Virus record (IMG/VR): IMGVR_UViG_3300030099_001885
Coordinates: 47,273-67,272 of that record
Reading direction: 5' to 3' (one strand)
Length of the DNA stretch: 20,000 nt
Source: an uncultured virus (IMG/VR IMGVR_UViG_3300030099_001885)
Lineage: Duplodnaviria; Heunggongvirae; Uroviricota; Caudoviricetes
A program made the position numbers and the translations under genes. Positions 1 through 6,515 of this stretch are shown here, in pieces; the first letter of the stretch is position 1; every line of letters starts with the position of its first letter. The notes below the pieces were generated by a model. That model was not told the origin of the DNA, ran no database searches, and saw only the letters and a list, made by a program, of their open reading frames with translations.

Positions 1-1
1 A

Positions 2-823
2 GGATCTACCTGTGAGCTATGGCTCAATCCTGAGAATATGGCAACTAATGATGCAGGAGATCGGGTAAATGTTTGTGAAGATTCTTCGGGGAATGGTAGA
101 GACTTTAGCCAAGCTGTATCTAATGATCAACCAGAATATGCTGCAAAAAATTCTAGTGCTAATAACTTTAGAGGTATGACTGCTACTGGAAGTAGTGATC
201 AATTAGTTGCCAGCTTAGGAACTGGTATTGATCACGATACTACTCAAGATTGGTGTTGGGGTTTTGTTGCTATACTTCGAGATCAACATGCTAACACTGG
301 TATAAATCAATGCACTATGGCATATAATGGAAATACTGTAGGTAATGGTGCTGGTAATAACGAGTTTGGTATAATTTTTAGATATAACACTCTTAATGCT
401 AATGAAAGATTTCAACTTCGTAAACGACATGCAAGTGGAGAAGCTACCTTTACTTATGATCCTGATGTTACTTTCAATGATAATCAACCTCAAATAGTTA
501 TTATTGGTAGAACTAGCGGCAATTCTTTATTTAGATTGAATGGTACATCTGAGGCTAGTCAAGGTGGAGATGCTAGAGCCCATGTTGCTCAAGGTGTTGA
601 TGGTGGCTGGGGTGGTGGCAATAGCGGTTCTGCTAATGTTCGAGCATTTCAAGACCCTATGTTTGAGTGGGTTGTTTTAAATGGAACTGGTACCTCTGGT
701 GCTATTGATACTGATATTGTAAAACTAGAAGGATATTTTGCCCAAAAGTATGGGCTGTTGGATCTGCTACCTGCAGGTCATGCTTATAAAACTGATGCTC
801 CAAGAGCATCCATTACTGTGTAA
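2..823 (+). CDS. 5'-truncated putative virion protein with LamG/ConA-like lectin domain
   Basis: Frame is open from position 2 (GSTCELWLNPENM...), so ATG38 is probably internal. 'LWLNPE' near the start, a beta-rich G/N/S/T body and C-terminal 'KLEGYFAQKYGL..LLPAGHAYKTDAP' resemble, from recall, LamG-like modules of phage tail and large surface proteins. Confidence 0.55.
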   Translation, partial: GSTCELWLNPENMATNDAGDRVNVCEDSSGNGRDFSQAVSNDQPEYAAKNSSANNFRGMTATGSSDQLVASLGTGIDHDTTQDWCWGFVAILRDQHANTGINQCTMAYNGNTVGNGAGNNEFGIIFRYNTLNANERFQLRKRHASGEATFTYDPDVTFNDNQPQIVIIGRTSGNSLFRLNGTSEASQGGDARAHVAQGVDGGWGGGNSGSANVRAFQDPMFEWVVLNGTGTSGAIDTDIVKLEGYFAQKYGLLDLLPAGHAYKTDAPRASITV

Positions 824-832
824 GGAGTTATC

Positions 833-1012
833 ATGGCTAAGAAGAAGAAAGAAAAGAAGACCGGACTTGGTGCTGCTGTTGCCAAGGTAAAGGCAAGACC
901 AAGTGGAAGGCGTGCTGCTGAGCGTAAGGCTGATGTTAAAGCACCTGCAGCAAGAAGAAGAAAAGGTACTGCAACATCTGGAGGTCGACGTTCAAGAGGC
1001 AGTGGAAAATGA
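833..1012 (+). CDS. Small Lys/Arg-rich protein, 59 aa (MAKKKKEKKTGLGAAVAKVKARPSGRRAAERKADVKAPAARRRKGTATSGGRRSRGSGK)
   Basis: Not in ORF track. TAAGGAG RBS at 821-827, ATG833, TGA1010-1012; 22/59 residues are K/R; fills the intergenic gap. Confidence 0.8.
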   Translation: MAKKKKEKKTGLGAAVAKVKARPSGRRAAERKADVKAPAARRRKGTATSGGRRSRGSGK

Positions 1013-1137
1013 AAACTAAATTTAAATCTTCTTGCGGTGGAATGGCTGTAAGATATACTGAAAAGGACGCAGAAAAATTTGTAAAGGCAGGAGCCAAAGT
1101 TAAGAATGGATCTAGATCTAATAAAGCAAGAAATTGA
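1009..1137 (+). CDS. Small basic protein, 42 aa (MKTKFKSSCGGMAVRYTEKDAEKFVKAGAKVKNGSRSNKARN)
   Basis: ATGA overlap with the upstream stop suggests translational coupling; bridges the gap to ORF 1106; 12/42 K/R. Confidence 0.6.
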   Translation: MKTKFKSSCGGMAVRYTEKDAEKFVKAGAKVKNGSRSNKARN

Positions 1138-1627
1138 AAATTGGATATTTAATTATTTAGATATACCTTCTGCATTTTATATGGATAATAAGCCCTGTCC
1201 TTTTGCTGCTAAAGCATGGCGTGATAAACAAGTCAATGTTTTATTAGGTGAGAAATCTACAGTTCGCCAACAGGTGTATAACTGGGATGATACTTATCAA
1301 TTAGTAATTGTTGTATTTGATCCTGACAATTGGTCTAATGCCGATTCTTGGGCAGAAAGGTACAACGAACGGATAGAAGAAAAGGATCTTTATGTTATGG
1401 TATTTGAACCGGGAGATGACGAACCGGATGATCCTGAGTTAGATCCTGAAAAATATGGACAAGTTGTAGACTACGAGTTTGGAATGGCGCTTATTCAACG
1501 GCGTAAAGAACTAAATAAATTTTCTAAGTTTTTAGAACGTCAGAATTATTATGAAAATTGTTCTGATTATTTCATGAATTATGTCAACAAAAGGAGAATG
1601 ACATGCCCGGAAGAGGAAAAGGAATGA
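1106..1627 (+). CDS. Hypothetical protein with PCPFA motif (DUF1415-like)
   Basis: 173-aa ORF with AGGAG upstream (1089-1093). 'W..NYL..P......PCPFAAKAW', 'VMVFEP' and 'LIQR..EL..FS..L...NYY' resemble DUF1415-like CPF-motif proteins seen in aquatic phages (recall). Confidence 0.55.
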   Translation: MDLDLIKQEIENWIFNYLDIPSAFYMDNKPCPFAAKAWRDKQVNVLLGEKSTVRQQVYNWDDTYQLVIVVFDPDNWSNADSWAERYNERIEEKDLYVMVFEPGDDEPDDPELDPEKYGQVVDYEFGMALIQRRKELNKFSKFLERQNYYENCSDYFMNYVNKRRMTCPEEEKE

Positions 1628-1710
1628 AGAAGAAGGCCATGGGTAAGAAGAAGACCATGGGTAAGAAGAAGAACGGTATGAAGAAGACCGGAATGAGAAG
1701 AAAGGGATAA
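1603..1710 (+). CDS. Protamine-like M/G/K-rich micropeptide, 35 aa (MPGRGKGMKKKAMGKKKTMGKKKNGMKKTGMRRKG)
   Basis: AAGGAG at 1591-1596, ATG1603, TAA1708-1710; 16/35 K/R and no acidic residues; ends 4 nt before the next gene. Confidence 0.75.
   Translation: MPGRGKGMKKKAMGKKKTMGKKKNGMKKTGMRRKG
1637..1672 (+). repeat. Perfect 18-bp tandem duplication (CCATGGGTAAGAAGAAGA x2)
   Basis: Copies at 1637-1654 and 1655-1672, in frame, encoding xMGKKK repeats. Confidence 0.9.
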
Positions 1711-1714
1711 CTAA

Positions 1715-2170
1715 ATGACTAGCACCATTTCATCTGCTACGCTTACGGTTACGCACACTGAAGCTCTTACGCTGAATGGTGTTGATCGTGGTGTTACTAA
1801 TACCTTTACAGTGGGGTCTATCAATGAGGTAGATCACAGAATTATGACATGTTTACACAGTGGTCTACAGACAGTTGCCGTTCTCGGCACTGCTGTAGCC
1901 GCTGGTACTTACATTAAAACTGATGTTAAGTATATTCGATTAACAAATAAAGACGATACTAATTTTATTACTATTGGACTTCTAGATACGGGTGCGAAAT
2001 CAGCGTATCTTAAACTAGAAGCTGGACAAACATTTACTTTCTACAATGATGATTTAGAATGTGATGATGATTCAGGTGCAGCTTTTAGTACATTTAATGA
2101 AATTGATACGATCAATGCACAAGCTGATACTGCTTCTTGTGATCTTGAAATATTTATTGCTAGTGCCTAA
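1715..2170 (+). CDS. Hypothetical beta-rich protein, probably virion structural
   Basis: 151-aa Thr-rich ORF in the late region with the same codon style as its neighbours. Confidence 0.55.
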   Translation: MTSTISSATLTVTHTEALTLNGVDRGVTNTFTVGSINEVDHRIMTCLHSGLQTVAVLGTAVAAGTYIKTDVKYIRLTNKDDTNFITIGLLDTGAKSAYLKLEAGQTFTFYNDDLECDDDSGAAFSTFNEIDTINAQADTASCDLEIFIASA

Positions 2171-2182
2171 TAGGAGATTATT

Positions 2183-2311
2183 ATGGTAGATTTTATTATT
2201 GGATCATGGGGCTTTATCTTGTCCCATGTGTTAATGTTTGCAGCTGGTGCTTGGATGGGTAAGCCATTGTTTAGTTGGCTTAACGCTAAGTTACCATGGA
2301 CTGCAAAGTAA
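2183..2311 (+). CDS. Small membrane protein, 42 aa, putative holin-like (MVDFIIGSWGFILSHVLMFAAGAWMGKPLFSWLNAKLPWTAK)
   Basis: Not in ORF track. TAGGAG RBS at 2171-2176; ~25-aa hydrophobic segment plus an amphipathic Trp/Lys tail; overlaps the lipoprotein gene. Confidence 0.6.
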   Translation: MVDFIIGSWGFILSHVLMFAAGAWMGKPLFSWLNAKLPWTAK

Positions 2312-2529
2312 TTCTGAAGGCGTGCGCGTGGCTCTGCCTTCTTGGGGGTTGTAAGACAACCTCTTTGTTTAAAGATAAGGAAGTTATTACAGAACCAGTA
2401 TCCAGTATAGTACAACCACTCTCGACTAATTACAGTTATTTAGGAGGTGGTTTTGTGGGTTTGGCTATACTTTGTTTAGGGTATCTATGGTTCTCAGAAT
2501 ACAAGAAGGCTGATGCCAAAGGAGATTAA
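2296..2529 (+). CDS. Lipoprotein with C-terminal TM helix; putative unimolecular spanin
   Basis: Basic n-region, hydrophobic h-region and lipobox-like LGG-C (Cys19, followed by Lys). C-terminal hydrophobic helix LGGGFVGLAILCLGYLWF followed by SEYKK. Confidence 0.55.
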   Translation: MDCKVILKACAWLCLLGGCKTTSLFKDKEVITEPVSSIVQPLSTNYSYLGGGFVGLAILCLGYLWFSEYKKADAKGD

Positions 2530-2531
2530 TT

Positions 2532-3119
2532 ATGGCTTTAACTTATACGACACCAGCGAATATTGATTTTGATCCTGAAAGTGTAGATACAGTAATTACT
2601 AATACTTTTGCAACTGCAGCAAGCTCTACATTTGCAAATAGTGCCGGTGGTTTTGCTACTGGAGCTGTTCAATTAGATGTTGCATTGACATACGATCAAG
2701 ATTTTATTGCAACTGATACTGCACACCCTGACAGTGTTGCAGGAGATTTAACTGTGCAAGCAGTGTTTACTGAAGATGATGGTACTGTTACTAGAACTAC
2801 TATTGCTAATGGTGCTTCTGCTACAACTATTGGAACTCTTGGTTCTAGTGGTAATCATACTGTTGGTTTTGAAGTTACTGGTCTTGAAGAAGGCTGTGAA
2901 CTAAGTATTATTTATAACATTGATAATAATAGCGATACAAAAACTGGTAATATTACCGAAATTGGAGTTGAGTCAGTCAAAGGTTTAAATGACTGTGATT
3001 TCCAAGACGTTTTAAAATATCAACAACTTAATCAAAAATTAAACAATCGCTTTGATGCGGATACTAAAGAGTTTAGTAGCTTTAAAGATATGTTAAAGCG
3101 AATGAAAAAAGTTAAATAA
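2532..3119 (+). CDS. Hypothetical acidic beta-rich protein with basic helical C-terminus, probably virion-associated
   Basis: 195-aa ORF with AAGGAG RBS; T/D/G-rich body, C-terminus FKDMLKRMKKVK; directly upstream of the scaffold gene. Confidence 0.55.
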   Translation: MALTYTTPANIDFDPESVDTVITNTFATAASSTFANSAGGFATGAVQLDVALTYDQDFIATDTAHPDSVAGDLTVQAVFTEDDGTVTRTTIANGASATTIGTLGSSGNHTVGFEVTGLEEGCELSIIYNIDNNSDTKTGNITEIGVESVKGLNDCDFQDVLKYQQLNQKLNNRFDADTKEFSSFKDMLKRMKKVK

Positions 3120-3130
3120 GGAGACAGTTA

Positions 3131-4036
3131 ATGTCTGAAGAAACTACTGGTGAGACTCCGGCAACGGAACAATCTGCACCACAAGAATTCGTACAACCGG
3201 CAGATCAGAATGCTGCTAATGAGAGGGCTGCTTTTAAAACCTACGTCGAAAGTAATGGGCAACAGGTTCCTGAAAACTTTAAAGATGTAGATACATGGTT
3301 TGATTCACTAAAGAATGCTCAAGCTGAGTATACTAAAACTCGTCAAGAAATTGCTGAACTTAAAGATCAGTATGCCAAGACGGGTCAGATTGGTGAGCGA
3401 TCACAACCAGTACAAGAAGAGCAACAACCCGCCGAGGTTGTTCAGACTAGGGAAGATCTCAGAATTGAGAAGCCCGAGGAACCACCACAACTATCAATGA
3501 ATGATCAGTGGGCAGCTTGGCAACAAGAACTTGCTTTGAGTGGTGACTTTAGTGCCGATACTCGTGGTGCTATTAAGTCTGCTATGGGTGTCGATGACGC
3601 TGTAGTAGATACATTTATTGCTGGTCAGAAGGCTTTGCGAAAGGAAGCCTACGATTCTGCTGCTAATGTAGTAGGAGATCAGCAAACTTTAGATAATATC
3701 CTGTCATGGGCAGGAGAGTCTTTGAATGATCAAGAGCGTGATGATCTTAACAGCATGCTTGCCGGTCCTTCGTATAAGACTGCCTTACTTGGTCTACAAG
3801 CCAGATACAACCAAGAACAGGCTAACAAGCCAAACCGGCGACAAGAACCAGCTCCGGTTCAGGGTAGAGAAAATGCAGCTATGGCACAGGACGCTGATGC
3901 TATTAAACCATTTTCTACTACACAAGAGATGAACTTCTATATGAATAAACCAGAGTATAGAACGGATCCTGAATATAGAGCTCAGATTGAAGCTAGGCTT
4001 GTTAAAACTATGCAAGCTGGCGTGTTAATTCGATAA
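3131..4036 (+). CDS. Capsid assembly scaffolding protein (T7 gp9-like)
   Basis: Acidic, helical, E/Q-rich, 301 aa. C-terminal 'FST.QEM..YMNKPEYRTDPEYRAQIEARL' matches the gp9-family capsid-binding tail; lies directly upstream of the MCP. Confidence 0.9.
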   Translation: MSEETTGETPATEQSAPQEFVQPADQNAANERAAFKTYVESNGQQVPENFKDVDTWFDSLKNAQAEYTKTRQEIAELKDQYAKTGQIGERSQPVQEEQQPAEVVQTREDLRIEKPEEPPQLSMNDQWAAWQQELALSGDFSADTRGAIKSAMGVDDAVVDTFIAGQKALRKEAYDSAANVVGDQQTLDNILSWAGESLNDQERDDLNSMLAGPSYKTALLGLQARYNQEQANKPNRRQEPAPVQGRENAAMAQDADAIKPFSTTQEMNFYMNKPEYRTDPEYRAQIEARLVKTMQAGVLIR

Positions 4037-4121
4037 TCATTGGACACGATATCGAATAAACAACATTAAAAGTACAGAACAATTAGGCTTACGAGTTGAA
4101 AAAGTATGTATGGATAATGTC

Positions 4122-4154
4122 TAGGGTTGACTCCACAAGGAACAATCAACACTA
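4122..4154 (+). promoter_or_regulatory. Stem-loop in the MCP leader (TAG.GTTGA-C-TCC-ACAA-GGA-ACAA-TCAAC.CTA)
   Basis: GTTGA/TCAAC and TAG/CTA pair; inner TCC/GGA stem with an asymmetric internal loop; lies in the 170-nt scaffold-MCP intergenic region. Confidence 0.4.
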
Positions 4155-4194
4155 TCTATAAATTTAGTCCATTTAATTTTTATGACACATTTAT

Positions 4195-4200
4195 GGAGGT
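4195..4200 (+). promoter_or_regulatory. Strong Shine-Dalgarno sequence (GGAGGT) of the MCP gene
   Basis: 6 nt upstream of ATG4207 and preceded by an A/U-rich tract. Confidence 0.85.
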
Positions 4201-4206
4201 GTTATT

Positions 4207-5697
4207 ATGACTGCTGTAGGTCCTCTCGGCAATACCGATATGTCTTATCGTATCGACACAACTATGGGCGTTTCTGCCCAAAACCCCACTGACGGTGCGG
4301 GTCGTTTAGTTCTGCCCATTTGGGCGGGCGAGGTCATCAATGCGTATGACCAATATAATATTTTTGAAGCTATGGTCGATTCAAAGACCATTTCTAGTGG
4401 TACTACTATGGAATTCCCTGTTACGGGTTATGTAGATCTTAAGTCTACTTGGGAAGCTGGTGAAGAACTCACTGGTGGCACCAACAGTAAGGCTACCACT
4501 TTCCGTATTGCATTAGACAAGCGTCCAATGGCTGCTCACTTTGAGTTAGACAATGTGGACCTTATGCTGACGCAATGGGAATTCCGATCAGAGCTTGCTC
4601 GTCAAGCTGGACGGACTCTGGCTGATGCCCGTGACCGTCAAATTGCTTCCTTCTTGTGCCGTGCTGCGGCTGAGAATGGCTTAGCTCAAGACCCGCGTGC
4701 TACCGACTGGTTCGGTGGTAGTGCTGTTGGTGGTCTTGGTGGCAAGATCTTCTGCAATAACAAGTTTGATAACTTGGGACTGTCGACTGCTACCGCTGCT
4801 AACAGAACCGACGCTGCTCTGAAGCTTCTTGAGAAGATTGAAGAGTTCCAAATCCGTCTGCAAGAGGTTGATGCCCCAACTGAGGGTGTCTTCTGTGCTG
4901 TGACCCCTCGTACCTTCCAAGACATTCGTGCTCTTGGTGTGGCTCGTGACAGCTCTGATCTTGCTGGTGGTGCTGGTCGACCATTCTTCGGCGGTGTAGC
5001 CGATGCTGGTGGTCTTGGTGCTGGTCTGCAACAAGGTATGTTCAATCTTGCTGATCGTCTTGAATATCAAGGCTGCACGATTGTCAAGACGAACCACCTT
5101 CCAACCACTAACTTGATGGCTAACAAGATTGGTGAGAAGCGATATAACAGAAGTTTCCATGTGGTGCCTACTAAGGCTATCATCTGGCAACAAGCCTGTG
5201 TTGCTTCGCTCCGATTGACTGGCTTGAAGGTTGATCAAGTGGACGATATTCGTCGTAACACCGTGTTCACGGTTGCTTCGATGATGGGCGGTACTGGTGT
5301 GCTCAAGCCTGAGCATGCTGCTGTCTGCATTGGTTCGTTTGCTCCTACCGCTCGCGGTAATGCAAATGATGTTATGTTCTCCGGTAAGGTTGATGGTACT
5401 ATTCTTGAGTTTGGTGACTTTGAATATGACGCAACCACTGGTGACTTGACTGCTTATGATACCGACCCTGATGGCGGTGGTTCGCCCTCTACTGATGTTA
5501 CCGCTAACACGGATGCATTAGTTAGAGACGCTTATCAAGCAGCTTTAGGTGCTGATACCCTCGATGCTAACGGAGATGGTACTGCCACTTCTGTTAGTGG
5601 TTACAGCACTGAAGGTGACTTCGTTAAGGAATACGTTGACGCTGCTAACATTGATAACTTCGGTGTTACTGGTCAAGATGACGGCCTTGGCGGATAA
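4207..5697 (+). CDS. Major capsid protein (T7 gp10-like) with ~120-aa C-terminal extension
   Basis: gp10-family motifs 'LPIWAGEV..AY', 'KTISSG.T.EFP.TG', 'RSELARQAGRTLA...DRQI', 'IVKTNHLP', 'MMGGTGVLKPEHAA'; strongly biased codon usage; lies between scaffold and terminator. Confidence 0.95.
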   Translation: MTAVGPLGNTDMSYRIDTTMGVSAQNPTDGAGRLVLPIWAGEVINAYDQYNIFEAMVDSKTISSGTTMEFPVTGYVDLKSTWEAGEELTGGTNSKATTFRIALDKRPMAAHFELDNVDLMLTQWEFRSELARQAGRTLADARDRQIASFLCRAAAENGLAQDPRATDWFGGSAVGGLGGKIFCNNKFDNLGLSTATAANRTDAALKLLEKIEEFQIRLQEVDAPTEGVFCAVTPRTFQDIRALGVARDSSDLAGGAGRPFFGGVADAGGLGAGLQQGMFNLADRLEYQGCTIVKTNHLPTTNLMANKIGEKRYNRSFHVVPTKAIIWQQACVASLRLTGLKVDQVDDIRRNTVFTVASMMGGTGVLKPEHAAVCIGSFAPTARGNANDVMFSGKVDGTILEFGDFEYDATTGDLTAYDTDPDGGGSPSTDVTANTDALVRDAYQAALGADTLDANGDGTATSVSGYSTEGDFVKEYVDAANIDNFGVTGQDDGLGG

Positions 5698-5716
5698 GAC
5701 AATTAAATACACATTC

Positions 5717-5751
5717 GCCCGGAGCCCCCGAAAGGGGGCCTCGGGTCTTTT
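5717..5751 (+). terminator. Intrinsic terminator after MCP (T-phi position)
   Basis: GCCCGG-A-GCCCCC-GAAA-GGGGGC-C-TCGGGT-CTTTT: long GC stem, GNRA loop and short U tract. Confidence 0.85.
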
Positions 5752-5765
5752 AAAAGGAGGATACT

Positions 5766-6515
5766 ATGGGACTAATGAGTAAATTAGATGCTGTTAATGA
5801 AATGCTTTTTAATTCTGGTGAACAACTTGTTACCAGCCTTACCGATGATCTAAACACAGATGTTAACTTAGCAGTTTTTATCTTAGATCAAGCTACTTTA
5901 GAAGCACAGTTGCGGGGCATGGCAGTAAATCGTAGACCTATTAAAGTATTCCCTTCTCGTACAGGTCCAACTGGTCATGCAGCTCGTCCTATTTCTGATG
6001 CTACTAAAGGTAGGGTGCAGCTATCTCCGTTTACAGATAATATGATTACTGGTTCCTTAATCTCTGCTCAGTTAATTACTGAATCTATAAGTGATGATCT
6101 TGATATTAGAATTACTACGGCTCCTAGAAGATTCGGTATTGAATCTAATGGAACAGATTACAATGTATTGTTTAATGTTACAGATAATACAGATGAGTTT
6201 GCTACTAGCGAAGAGCTAACTATTTCTATTGTTGAATATATAGAGTTTAAAGACTTAGAAACTAGTGTACAGAAAGGTATTGCAGCATCAGCATCTAGGC
6301 AATATCAAATGTTTGTGCAAGGAGATAGAGATGTTGATCGGCTATTAGCAGAAAGAGCTGCTATGCTCACCGCTAAAGGTAGATCTGCAGATGCTAATGA
6401 TAAAGCTAGAAATATCTTTGCATCTGGCGACAGTTCTTTGCGTAGAATTGTATCCCAAAGAGGTAACGCACACAATGATCCAAGTAGATTTAGATTCTGG
6501 AGATACACGACATGA
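5766..6515 (+). CDS. Tail tubular protein A / adaptor (T7 gp11-like)
   Basis: 'SKLDAVNEMLFNSGEQLVTSL', 'AQLRGMAVN', 'IEFKDL..SVQKGI...ASRQYQ'; AGGAGG RBS; follows the MCP terminator. Confidence 0.9.
   Translation: MGLMSKLDAVNEMLFNSGEQLVTSLTDDLNTDVNLAVFILDQATLEAQLRGMAVNRRPIKVFPSRTGPTGHAARPISDATKGRVQLSPFTDNMITGSLISAQLITESISDDLDIRITTAPRRFGIESNGTDYNVLFNVTDNTDEFATSEELTISIVEYIEFKDLETSVQKGIAASASRQYQMFVQGDRDVDRLLAERAAMLTAKGRSADANDKARNIFASGDSSLRRIVSQRGNAHNDPSRFRFWRYTT

Noticed and set aside
4096..4160. Sigma70 promoter (TTGAAA...GATAAT or TTGACT...) or T7-type promoter
   Set aside because: -35/-10 spacing is wrong (11 nt) or no -10 lies at 16-18 nt; no repeated phage-promoter motif found in the window.
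4681..5316. 211-aa minus-strand ORF and other antisense ORFs within the MCP gene
   Set aside because: Shadow ORFs arising from MCP codon bias; they fully overlap a confident gene and show no recognisable product.
5549..5782. 77-aa +1-frame ORF over the MCP 3' end as a possible gp10B-like frameshift product
   Set aside because: T7 gp10B uses a -1 shift; no slippery site is evident, the composition looks off-frame, and it runs through the terminator.
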